Source: a virus. From it: a stretch of DNA of 42,262 nt. A program made the position numbers and the translations under genes. Position 1 is the stretch's first letter. Every line of letters starts with the position of its first letter. The notes below the pieces were generated by a model. That model did no database searches, was not told the origin of the DNA, and saw nothing but the letters and a program-made list of their open reading frames with translations. Where the stretch lies: IMG/VR virus record IMGVR_UViG_3300029681_000010. One strand, written 5' to 3'. Shown here piece by piece: positions 14,355 through 21,768 of this stretch.

Positions 14355-15110
14355 ATGCCGAACAGAATCATTAAGGAAAGCATCTGCACGAACGAGAAGA
14401 TCGCAGCTCTGAAGGATTTTGAATTCCGGCTATGGATTGGACTAATTACGCAGGCGGATGATGCGGGGCGAGGAGATGCCCGCCCCGCAATCATCAAGGG
14501 GCATATATTTCCGCTTCGAGATCAGGTAACAGCAAAGAATATTACTGACGCCCTCGACGCACTGGCGACCGTAGGACTGATTTCCCTCTACACTGTAGGC
14601 GGGAAGTTGATCTACTGGCTACCGGGCTGGAATGAGCATCAGCGGATTCGAGACTGCAAACCTAAATTCCCAGGGCCGGAGGATGCCGATCCGCCGCAAA
14701 CCGCCGCAACTTGCGGCAACTCGCCGCAGATTGCGGCAACTCGCGGCAACTTGCCGCAAACCGCCGCAACTTGCGGCCTTAATCCAATCCAATCCGAATC
14801 CAATCCGAATCCTAATCCGAATCCAACCCGCGCAAGCGCGTTTGACACGTTTTGGGCAGCGTATCCACGCAAAGTTGGTAAGGGCGATGCTCGCAAGGCG
14901 TTCGGCAAAGTCAAGGTTCCCGTCGAAATGCTCATTGCCGCCGTCGAAAAGCAGAAGCAGAGCAATGATTGGCTGAAAGATGGCGGTAGGTATATCCCGA
15001 ACCCGTCCACGTGGCTCAATCAGGGGCGATGGGAGGATGACCTCCCCGGCGAGCAAACACAGATCCATGAAGCGACACAAGCGGATCTTGACAAGTACAT
15101 GAGGTGGTGA
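14355..15110 (+). CDS. Replication initiator / replisome organizer (DUF4373-like N-terminus)
   Basis: 251 aa. N-terminal IKESICTNEKIAAL...RLWIGLITQADDAGRGDARPAIIKGHIFPL and C-terminal FDTFWAAYPRKVGKGDARKAF are patterns recalled from phage initiators. An iteron-rich linker lies inside the gene. Confidence 0.6.
   Translation: MPNRIIKESICTNEKIAALKDFEFRLWIGLITQADDAGRGDARPAIIKGHIFPLRDQVTAKNITDALDALATVGLISLYTVGGKLIYWLPGWNEHQRIRDCKPKFPGPEDADPPQTAATCGNSPQIAATRGNLPQTAATCGLNPIQSESNPNPNPNPTRASAFDTFWAAYPRKVGKGDARKAFGKVKVPVEMLIAAVEKQKQSNDWLKDGGRYIPNPSTWLNQGRWEDDLPGEQTQIHEATQADLDKYMRW
14691..14826. repeat. Putative origin: phased palindromic iterons plus AATCC-type microsatellite inside the initiator gene
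   Basis: The 25-nt direct repeat gccgcaaaccgccgcaacttgcggc occurs at 14693-14717 and 14753-14777. Four palindromes of GCCGCAA-N-TTGCGGC type start near 14703, 14723, 14743 and 14763, a 20-bp spacing. An (aatcc/aatccg)n tract follows at 14781-14826. Confidence 0.65.
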
Positions 15111-15113
15111 CAT

Positions 15114-15488
15114 ATGACCGAGTTTACAATTCAATACCCGCCGACGCAGCGCGGGAAGGCCGCGTGGAACAAGCGCTACGGGTTAAATGCCTACTACGCC
15201 GGCAAGTGCTGGCAGCAGCGCAAGCGCGATGCGGAGGAGCTGCACGCAATCACCCGCGCAGCGCTGCGCAAAGCCGGTATCCCGCGTCGCCTGACGTCTG
15301 CTCCGGTATCAATCCGGTTTTTGTGGGACGATCGCCTCGATATCGACAACCATGCCGTCATCGGCAAGGCAATCGTCGACGCCCTAAAGGGCTGGATCCT
15401 GCCGGACGACAACCAAAGGTGGGTGCGTCGTGTCACGCATGAGGTGTGGCATGGCGGATCTATCAAAGTGGAGGTGACGCAATGGTGA
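15114..15488 (+). CDS. rusA: RusA-family Holliday junction resolvase
   Basis: 124 aa. RLDIDNHAVIGKAIVDALKGWILPDDNQRWV matches the RusA D-x-D-N...K...D...DD catalytic region. Confidence 0.7.
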   Translation: MTEFTIQYPPTQRGKAAWNKRYGLNAYYAGKCWQQRKRDAEELHAITRAALRKAGIPRRLTSAPVSIRFLWDDRLDIDNHAVIGKAIVDALKGWILPDDNQRWVRRVTHEVWHGGSIKVEVTQW

Positions 15489-15649
15489 TCCATGCAGACG
15501 CGCAGTCCCCCGTCCCACAGTCCCCGTGCGCGGTTTGCCCGCGTGAGCCGGTTTGCCATGATAACGGGCGCGTATGCCGCCGCTGGGGAAAATGGTTTAA
15601 AGCGGCGTGGCCCATCGTCGCGAAAATGATAAAGGAGGGTAAAAAATAG
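15482..15649 (+). CDS. Hypothetical Cys-containing small protein
   Basis: ATGGTGA overlap with the rusA stop. 55 aa, MVIHADAQSPVPQSPCAVCPREPVCHDNGRVCRRWGKW. Confidence 0.45.
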   Translation: MVIHADAQSPVPQSPCAVCPREPVCHDNGRVCRRWGKWFKAAWPIVAKMIKEGKK

Positions 15650-15650
15650 T

Positions 15651-16199
15651 ATGGAACGACTGACAAAACATAGCAAGCAAACATCACACGAAAACGGTAT
15701 CTGTTGCACACATTTTTACGGCCCCGAATGCCTCGAAGTTGGCGGAAACTGCGCCATGAATTGCAAGTGGGAAGAAGCGGCGTGGAGCCGCCTCGCCGCC
15801 TACGAGGACACGGGGCTGGAGCCGGAACAGTGCGAAAACGCAAAGGCCATCATCGAATCTGCCTTTAGCGATGACACATCAAAGGCAGAACGGATTCGGG
15901 AGCTGTTGAAAGCAGACAGGGACGGGCGGTTGGTGGTGCTGCTGAGCTTTACGGACGCGGTGGACGGGTACTGGGTGTGGGACAACTTCCTGCACGAGCA
16001 GCATAAAAAGCGGGAGACGCGCACGGCCACAGTGAACGGGCGGACGATGTCTCTCTATGCGTGGGGCAAGAAGCTGGGCCTGAACCTCGGGGCGCTCAAC
16101 GGCTATTACAAGGCCCACGGGAAGGAAAAGACGGAGGAGAAGATCGCGGAGATGGTGAGGAGGGCGAAAAGCAATGGGCGCGCAGTTGTTTCACGATAA
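15651..16199 (+). CDS. Hypothetical protein (N-terminal Cys-rich)
   Basis: 182 aa. RBS AGGAGGG upstream. Confidence 0.6.
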   Translation: MERLTKHSKQTSHENGICCTHFYGPECLEVGGNCAMNCKWEEAAWSRLAAYEDTGLEPEQCENAKAIIESAFSDDTSKAERIRELLKADRDGRLVVLLSFTDAVDGYWVWDNFLHEQHKKRETRTATVNGRTMSLYAWGKKLGLNLGALNGYYKAHGKEKTEEKIAEMVRRAKSNGRAVVSR

Positions 16200-16974
16200 C
16201 TTCCAGAACTACAAGAAATACGGGATCCCCAAAGCACAGCTTGTGATCGCGGACATCCCGTACAACGTCGGCGCAGACGCATATGGCAGCAATCCGATGT
16301 GGTACAAGGGCGGAAACAACGCCAACGGGGAGAGCAAGTTCGCGCGGAAGAGTTTTTTCAACTCGGACGGCTATTTCAAGATCGCGGAGTATATGCATTT
16401 CTGCTCCCGCCTGCTGAAGCCGGAGCCGAAGCAGAAGGGGCAGGCCCCGGCGATGATCGTTTTCTGCGCCTTTGACCAGATCCATACGGTGGCGGAGTAC
16501 GGCGCGCGATACGGGTTTAAGAACTGGTTCCCCATCTTTTTCTGCAAAAACTACTCGGCGCAGGTGCTGAAGGCGAACATGCGGATTGTGGGCGCTACGG
16601 AGTTTGCCGTGGTGCTGTACAGGGACAAGCTGCCGAAGTTTAATAACGGGCGCCAGATCGATGAAAATGGCAAGGCGGTGCGTGGAACCGGGAAGATGGT
16701 TTTCGACTGGTTTGCGTGGGAACGGGACGGGAAGGAAATCCCGAAGATCCACCCCACGCAGAAGCCGGTAAAAGTTCTGAAGCGGCTGGTCGAGATTTTC
16801 ACAGATCCGGGGGATGTGGTAATCGACCCGTGCGCCGGTTCCGGGGCGACGCTGCGCGCGGCAGAAGAGCTGGGCCGCAAGGCATACGGGTTTGAGATCG
16901 ATCGGAATTTTTACAGGCTGGCGAAAGAACGGATGCTCAAAACACCAGATGATGGGCAGCTATGTTTGATGTGA
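16174..16974 (+). CDS. Orphan DNA methyltransferase (N6-adenine/N4-cytosine, beta-class motif order)
   Basis: 266 aa. Motif IV ADIPYN precedes motif I VIDPCAGSGATLRAAEELGRKAYGFEID. RBS GAGGAGGG. No cognate endonuclease is present. Confidence 0.85.
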   Translation: MGAQLFHDNFQNYKKYGIPKAQLVIADIPYNVGADAYGSNPMWYKGGNNANGESKFARKSFFNSDGYFKIAEYMHFCSRLLKPEPKQKGQAPAMIVFCAFDQIHTVAEYGARYGFKNWFPIFFCKNYSAQVLKANMRIVGATEFAVVLYRDKLPKFNNGRQIDENGKAVRGTGKMVFDWFAWERDGKEIPKIHPTQKPVKVLKRLVEIFTDPGDVVIDPCAGSGATLRAAEELGRKAYGFEIDRNFYRLAKERMLKTPDDGQLCLM

Positions 16975-16984
16975 GGAGGACAAG

Positions 16985-17152
16985 ATGCTGAGGATTATCG
17001 TGGAAGTAGACGCGCCTGCGGGGCAGGCGATCGGGGTCAAGGAGCAGATCGCGATGGATCTGGAGAAGTACGGAGACACGCGCGTGGTGCGCGTGGAGGA
17101 GATCCAGCCACGGCAGATGGATCTTTTGGGAGGCGGCGATGGGACTGACTGA
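16985..17152 (+). CDS. Small conserved protein, paralog A (55 aa; absent from ORF track)
   Basis: RBS GAGGAGG. Translation begins MLRIIVEVDAPAGQAIGVKEQIAMDLEKYGDTRVVRVEEIQPRQM. About 70 percent identical to the product of 18334-18486. Confidence 0.6.
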   Translation: MLRIIVEVDAPAGQAIGVKEQIAMDLEKYGDTRVVRVEEIQPRQMDLLGGGDGTD

Positions 17153-17330
17153 CGACCGCACGTTTATGGGCGCAATGGCTGACGCGATCGGCGAAAAGCC
17201 GACGCGGGAGGGGCTTATTGCGATGCTGCGCGAATACGCGGAGTGGGCCGAGGCGAATATCCATGATGTTCCGATTATGCTGCCGGACGACCTAAGAGCG
17301 GCGGCGGACATGCTGGAGAAGGGAGAATAA
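17139..17330 (+). CDS. Hypothetical protein
   Basis: 63 aa. RBS GGGAGG. Confidence 0.55.
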   Translation: MGLTDDRTFMGAMADAIGEKPTREGLIAMLREYAEWAEANIHDVPIMLPDDLRAAADMLEKGE

Positions 17331-17331
17331 T

Positions 17332-17697
17332 ATGGATGCGGTGAAGTTTATCAAAGAGCGAAAAAGGATGTGTAATGGGCGCCTGTGCGCTACTTGCCCA
17401 TTGTTTGCAGTGCATCAGCTGGGATGTTTACCTGACTGCAAAAAGTGGTGCATGGATCATCCGGAGGCGAGCGTGACCGTTGTGGAGAAGTGGGCGGAGG
17501 AGCATCCGCGCAAGACGCGGCAGAGCGATTTTCTGCGGCTGTTCCCACAGGTCATGCTTACCGACGATGGAATAATCGACTTGTGCCCATCCCGATTGTC
17601 AGAGAATTATCGCGTTCCCGGAACAACGTTATGCGGGAGCGTGGATAAAAATTGCAGGAGCTGTCTTCGCGAGTTCTGGGGGCAGGAGGTGGAGTGA
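17332..17697 (+). CDS. Cys-rich hypothetical protein
   Basis: 121 aa with 10 Cys. RBS AAGGGAG. Confidence 0.6.
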   Translation: MDAVKFIKERKRMCNGRLCATCPLFAVHQLGCLPDCKKWCMDHPEASVTVVEKWAEEHPRKTRQSDFLRLFPQVMLTDDGIIDLCPSRLSENYRVPGTTLCGSVDKNCRSCLREFWGQEVE

Positions 17698-17945
17698 TGA
17701 ACGACATCACGAAACAGCCGTATGCGGCATGGCTGGAAGAATCGCTGCAGGTCATCGCGGGGCTTGACCCCGTGTGCCTGTGCATCGCCGCAACATCGCC
17801 CGACGGCGACGTCTTTACGGGGTACTATGGGGCAGACGCAACGGACAAGACCGTGTTTGCACACCACATCCAGAGCGACGTGACGATGGATATTATCCGG
17901 GCAAATATTGACGAGATCAAAGATATGTTGAGGGAGGCGGAATAA
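17697..17945 (+). CDS. Hypothetical protein
   Basis: TGATG overlap start. 82 aa beginning MNDITKQPYAAWLEE. Confidence 0.55.
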   Translation: MNDITKQPYAAWLEESLQVIAGLDPVCLCIAATSPDGDVFTGYYGADATDKTVFAHHIQSDVTMDIIRANIDEIKDMLREAE

Positions 17946-18154
17946 TGTGCCGACAGGAGGTTTATCGGCAGGCGCGGGACGTGGAAGAGGTGGTGCGCGG
18001 GAAGTGGAAGGTCTACCGGTATGCAACGGGAGAGATCGATCTGGTGTGCCCGTTTTGCTGCGCGTTGAACGCGCACGAAGATCTGCGGGAATTTGATCTG
18101 CGCGACTGGCATTATTGCCGGAGGTGCGGCACGAGACTGGATGGAGGAGGCTAA
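17945..18154 (+). CDS. Zinc-ribbon-like small protein
   Basis: 69 aa. TAATG overlap. CPFC...CRRC. Confidence 0.5.
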   Translation: MCRQEVYRQARDVEEVVRGKWKVYRYATGEIDLVCPFCCALNAHEDLREFDLRDWHYCRRCGTRLDGGG

Positions 18155-18155
18155 A

Positions 18156-18353
18156 ATGAAGGAAACCAGAAGGCACTCAGAATGGCGGGGTATCCCCCCG
18201 CTCGATTTGTGGTTTTGCGTTACTTGCGAGGGCGCGACTACAGAACCTACTCCCGTTTGCCCTCAATGCAGAGCGATCATGGATCGGTGCATCGACATTA
18301 CGCATGATGCGGATATCGGAAAGGTGTGGGAGCGTGCTAAAGATCATCGTTGA
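18156..18353 (+). CDS. Zinc-ribbon-like small protein
   Basis: RBS GGAGGAGG 6 nt before ATG 18156. CVTC...CPQC. Confidence 0.5.
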   Translation: MKETRRHSEWRGIPPLDLWFCVTCEGATTEPTPVCPQCRAIMDRCIDITHDADIGKVWERAKDHR

Positions 18354-18486
18354 GGTCAATGCCCCTGTCGGCCAGGCGATCGGGGTCAAGGAGCAAATCG
18401 CGCAGGACCTGGAGAGATATGGGGACACCCGCATTATCTCTGTCGAGGAGATCTCCCCGTACCGCCAAATGCCGATCAAGATATAG
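18334..18486 (+). CDS. Small conserved protein, paralog B
   Basis: GTG 18334 chosen by alignment to paralog A (VLKIIVEVNAPVGQAIGVKEQIAQDLERYGDTRIISVEE). The 23 nt at 18373-18395 are identical to 17024-17046. The start is uncertain; the ORF track gives 18304. Confidence 0.55.
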   Translation: MLKIIVEVNAPVGQAIGVKEQIAQDLERYGDTRIISVEEISPYRQMPIKI

Positions 18487-18488
18487 GT

Positions 18489-18514
18489 AAAAGCCCCCGA
18501 ATCCGGGGGCTTTT
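18489..18514. terminator. Bidirectional rho-independent terminator ending the early operon
   Basis: aaaagcccccg / aatc / cgggggctttt. Confidence 0.75.
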
Positions 18515-18809
18515 ACTCTAATGTAGTCCTCGCACAAACGCGAGGGCTACGCGCAGGACTGGCGGCGGCAAACCGTCCAGCTGTGCGCAGATTTTGCAGA
18601 TCAGGTCTCCTCGTTCCATCCCAATTCCCCTTCCGTTTCGGCGTTTTGCTTCATTGGCGCGTCGGTACTTGTGCAATCATCCAAATACGCCCGGCGCGGA
18701 AACTTTGCCTTGCAGATGCAGACGATTTGCCGTAAACTATAATTAATAAATCATTGTTTGGAGGGATTTTATGCTCGATTCTGCGCGATGACTAAATATG
18801 CGGTTTAAC

Positions 18810-18847
18810 AGGATCCACGGCGCCTCCGCAGCAGCGCCGCGGATCCT
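18810..18847. other. 14-bp imperfect inverted repeat with 10-bp spacer (attP core or regulatory hairpin candidate)
   Basis: aggatccacggcgc - ctccgcagca - gcgccgcggatcct, one mismatch. Lies in the 370-bp non-coding region upstream of the integrase operon. Confidence 0.4.
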
Positions 18848-19010
18848 GAGGAGCGGTGGGCTATAACCGCCCCGTTGCGCTTATCGTATCATGTGCGCCC
18901 TTGATATCGCAACTCAGTCTGCTGGTATGCGCACGCAAAAGCTTACTCCCCACATCTTGGCACAGATGCCAAACTATGGGGAGGCAAAAAGGAGATGTAC
19001 TGTAATCCAA

Positions 19011-19418
19011 ATGGACAGTTTGCAGGATCTGTGCCGTAAGGCTCGGCACGACAAAGGGCTGACCAACGCAGACATTGCAGAGCAATCCGGCATCCCGATC
19101 TCAACAGTCAGCAACTTTTTTACGGCGGGATCAAAGGCTCCGTCCGTTTACACGGCTGGCCCTATTTGCGCCGTACTCGGCGTATCGATCAACCAATTTT
19201 TCGGCATCAACCCGCAGGATGAGCCAATTCCGGACTCAGAGCGCAAGCTGCTGCTCCAGCAGATCGCGTTTGGCAACGAGCGCTGTGCCATACTGGAGCG
19301 GTCAATCGCCACGAAAAAGAGGATCATCTTGGCTTTGTTTGCGATTGTGCTCACGGTCCTAATATACGGCGTAACGCTCGATGTACTCTGCGGGAGCATC
19401 GGATTTATCAGGAGGTAA
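19011..19418 (+). CDS. Membrane-anchored XRE-family HTH protein
   Basis: HTH segment LQDLCRKARHDKGLTNADIAEQSGIPISTVSNFF and C-terminal TM segment IILALFAIVLTVLIYGVTLDVL. Ends 4 nt before the integrase ATG. The start is uncertain (19011 or 18966; the ORF track gives 18891). Confidence 0.6.
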   Translation: MDSLQDLCRKARHDKGLTNADIAEQSGIPISTVSNFFTAGSKAPSVYTAGPICAVLGVSINQFFGINPQDEPIPDSERKLLLQQIAFGNERCAILERSIATKKRIILALFAIVLTVLIYGVTLDVLCGSIGFIRR

Positions 19419-19422
19419 CACC

Positions 19423-20739
19423 ATGCCAAAGCAGATACGCGCCGCGCTTTATGTGCGCGTCTCGAGTGAGGAGCAGGCCCGCCACGGCTACTCCCTCGCG
19501 GAGCAGCGTGCGCGGCTCCTTGCCTACGCAAAAGCCCACGGCTTAAAGGTCGTGGGCGTCTACGAGGATGCAGGCATATCTGCCCGCAAGTCGTACCGAA
19601 AACGTCCCGCGCTCCTCCGGTTGCTGGAGGATTGCAAGGCCGGCAAAATCGATACCATCTATTTTATCAAACTTGATCGCTGGTTTCGCAACGTAGCCGA
19701 TTACTACGCTGTCCAGCCAACGCTGGAAAAGGCCGGTGTAACGTGGTGCGCAACGGAGGAGAGCTATGAGACGCAGACTGCCGCCGGCCGCCTGAAGGTA
19801 AACATCATGCTGTCTGTCGCGCAAGACGAGGCCGACCGTACCAGTGAGCGGATCCGTTTTATAAACGATGGCCGCAGAGCAAACGGGATCCCAATCGGGA
19901 CAAAAGCCCCATTGGGGCTGATGATCAAAAACGGGGCTTACATCCAGACAAAGGACGCACCCGCCGTCCAAGCCATGTTTAAATACTACATCCAGACGCG
20001 CAGCGTCAACGCCACAAAAAAATATATGCTAAAGCAGTGGGGGATCGACGGCGTGTACAATACGTTTAATCGCGCCCTCCGCAACCGGCTCTATATCGGT
20101 GAGGTTTACGGTGTCCCCGATCGGATCCCGGCGCTCATCCAAAAGGCCGATTTTGATCTTGTGCAGGGCATGCTCGCAAAGCAATCCCAGCGGTGCAGCG
20201 GGGTTGAGGATTCACGCATATACCTGTATTCCGGCCTAATCTATTGTCGCGAGTGCGGAAAAACGATGCAAGCAGAGACCGTCAAGGGGACTTACACGTA
20301 TTACCGTTGCCGCACACACAACCTTGATACTACGGCTTGCCCACATACAAAACGGGTCCGCGAATCGGAACTCGAAATATACCTACTCGAGGAGCTGGAG
20401 CATATCGTCAAAACGGCCTACTCTTCCGCCAAAAAGGGGCGCGAGAGAAAGTCTCGGATTGCCCCGGCCAAGATCTTGCGCAAGCTTGATCGGCTGAAAG
20501 AGCTGTACCTCGCAGAGATGATTGATATGCCAACCTATCGCGCCGACTATGACAAATTGCAGGAGCAGCTCAACGCCGCGCAAGCTGAGACTCCAGATCC
20601 CCCAGACATAGCCAGCTTGCATGAGGCCATCGCACAGTATCCAAAGCTCTCGCGGATCGAAAAAAAAGAATTTTGGACTCGCACCATCAAGCGCATTGAC
20701 GCCGACAACAATGGCGCATTTTTTGTAACCACGCGTTAG
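19423..20739 (+). CDS. int: Large serine recombinase (phage integrase)
   Basis: Start MPKQIRAALYVRVSSEEQ (catalytic Ser context) with RBS AGGAGG. Resolvase domain, recombinase domain, zinc ribbon CRECGK...YYRCRTH and a coiled-coil C-terminus. Confidence 0.95.
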   Translation: MPKQIRAALYVRVSSEEQARHGYSLAEQRARLLAYAKAHGLKVVGVYEDAGISARKSYRKRPALLRLLEDCKAGKIDTIYFIKLDRWFRNVADYYAVQPTLEKAGVTWCATEESYETQTAAGRLKVNIMLSVAQDEADRTSERIRFINDGRRANGIPIGTKAPLGLMIKNGAYIQTKDAPAVQAMFKYYIQTRSVNATKKYMLKQWGIDGVYNTFNRALRNRLYIGEVYGVPDRIPALIQKADFDLVQGMLAKQSQRCSGVEDSRIYLYSGLIYCRECGKTMQAETVKGTYTYYRCRTHNLDTTACPHTKRVRESELEIYLLEELEHIVKTAYSSAKKGRERKSRIAPAKILRKLDRLKELYLAEMIDMPTYRADYDKLQEQLNAAQAETPDPPDIASLHEAIAQYPKLSRIEKKEFWTRTIKRIDADNNGAFFVTTR

Positions 20740-20752
20740 GCATAGTTTACAC

Positions 20753-20770
20753 TGCCGCTATATAGCGTCA
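20753..20770. other. Palindrome just 3' of the integrase gene (alternative attP or operator candidate)
   Basis: Perfect 12-bp palindrome cgctatatagcg at 20756-20767, extended imperfectly to tgccgctatatagcgtca. Confidence 0.35.
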
Positions 20771-20781
20771 ACTACGCCCAA

Positions 20782-20815
20782 CTCCCCCAGCCAAAGCGGC
20801 TGGGGGAGTTTTCTT
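20782..20815 (+). terminator. Rho-independent terminator after the integrase gene
   Basis: Stem ctcccccagcc / ggctgggggag, loop aaagc, then ttttctt. Lies between convergent genes. Confidence 0.8.
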
Positions 20816-21300
20816 CACTTCGCGATAGCGCAATAGTACGCCGCCAGTTTCGCTTTCGGTTCCGGCGCATCCTTATCCCACAAAAACGCCTTTGCCAAGT
20901 CCCCGTAAAACTCAGCCGTAAAAACGCCGTGCCGCTCCGCGACAAGGCAGTAGTCCGAGTACATCATGTTCATCGCGACCCACCAGCACAACGGGGTAAT
21001 GTGATCCCATGTCACGCCGAGGCTTTCCGCGACGCTGGTGGTCTGTTCCTTCGTCCAGTGTGCGCCGGTCGTGCCGTCAGCGTTCTCCATCTTCTCGCAC
21101 CACGCCTCTGCGTCTGCGCGGGAGAAATCGCTCACGCACTCCAGCGATTCGGCATACGCCTTAATATGCTCATAGCACTCCACCATCGCCGTGACGGCGG
21201 TCGCGCTCCGCTCGGATACCGGCATGGACATATACTCGGCCAGCCCCTTCTCAAGGCGCTCACAGTACGCTTTAACCTTGTCCTTCATGCCGCACCTCAC
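20815..21300 (-). CDS. Hypothetical protein (last gene of the int-proximal cluster)
   Basis: 161 aa. GTGA-coupled GTG at 21300, or ATG 21288 (MKDKV) with RBS GAGGTG. W/Y/C-rich, no motif recognised. Confidence 0.6.
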   Translation of the reverse strand: MRCGMKDKVKAYCERLEKGLAEYMSMPVSERSATAVTAMVECYEHIKAYAESLECVSDFSRADAEAWCEKMENADGTTGAHWTKEQTTSVAESLGVTWDHITPLCWWVAMNMMYSDYCLVAERHGVFTAEFYGDLAKAFLWDKDAPEPKAKLAAYYCAIAK

Positions 21301-21698
21301 AGCTTCCGCACGGTGACGGCGGCATTGGTCACGCTGCCAGCTGCGCTAAGCGTCAGACGCAGCGTAGCCCTCGGAGAGTACCGAAGGAGCCGTACCGCAG
21401 CGGGGAAGGAAAGCGTCACCGACGTATCCGTAGCCGCCACGGTCGCCGACGCAGTCGCGCCGGGGATTGCTACGCCGTCCTGCAGGAGCGTAGCAGTGAT
21501 CGTTCCAGCCGCCGTTGGAATCACGGTAACGGATACATCCGCGTCATAGTATCCATCCCCGTTCAGGGAAATGGCATTCCCATTCAGCGTCGCGCCGCAT
21601 CCATAGCGACGAACAACGTTGCCGAGAGGAATGTCTCCGCCAGCGGCCACAGTGGTGGGAGAGGTCATCGCGGTAAAGAGGATCGAATTGCAGCTCAT
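21297..21698 (-). CDS. BclA C-terminal-like (C1q/TNF-like jelly-roll) domain protein, stand-alone
   Basis: 133 aa. RBS AAAGGAG. ISLNGDGYYDADVSVTVIPTAAGTITATLLQDGVAIPGATAS resembles the BclA-CTD core GFYKITVIA...LTIQVNGVPVPGTGSS, as recalled. The length matches that domain. Confidence 0.45.
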   Translation of the reverse strand: MSCNSILFTAMTSPTTVAAGGDIPLGNVVRRYGCGATLNGNAISLNGDGYYDADVSVTVIPTAAGTITATLLQDGVAIPGATASATVAATDTSVTLSFPAAVRLLRYSPRATLRLTLSAAGSVTNAAVTVRKL

Positions 21699-21713
21699 AA
21701 AAATACTCCTTTC

Positions 21714-21743
21714 ACAAAAACAGGCGGGGCTTTTGCCCCGCCT
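21714..21743 (-). terminator. Rho-independent terminator or attenuator after the 199-aa gene
   Basis: Minus strand: aggcggggc / aaaa / gccccgcct, then gtttttgtg. Confidence 0.7.
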
Positions 21744-21768
21744 TACTCATGCCCAGCAGGGGCAATGC

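Noticed and set aside
18518-18619. A 33-aa minus-strand ORF (MERGDLICKICAQLDGLPPPVLRVALAFVRGLH) with a GGAAGGGG box upstream, convergent on the early-operon terminator.
   Set aside because: It is too short and has no recognisable features. It overlaps a hairpin-forming segment. It cannot be supported from sequence alone.
18520-18890. A tRNA or other structured RNA gene in the int-upstream gap and in 6090-6560.
   Set aside because: No cloverleaf-compatible arms or T-loop consensus (GTTCRANYC) were found by eye. Only simple hairpins are present.
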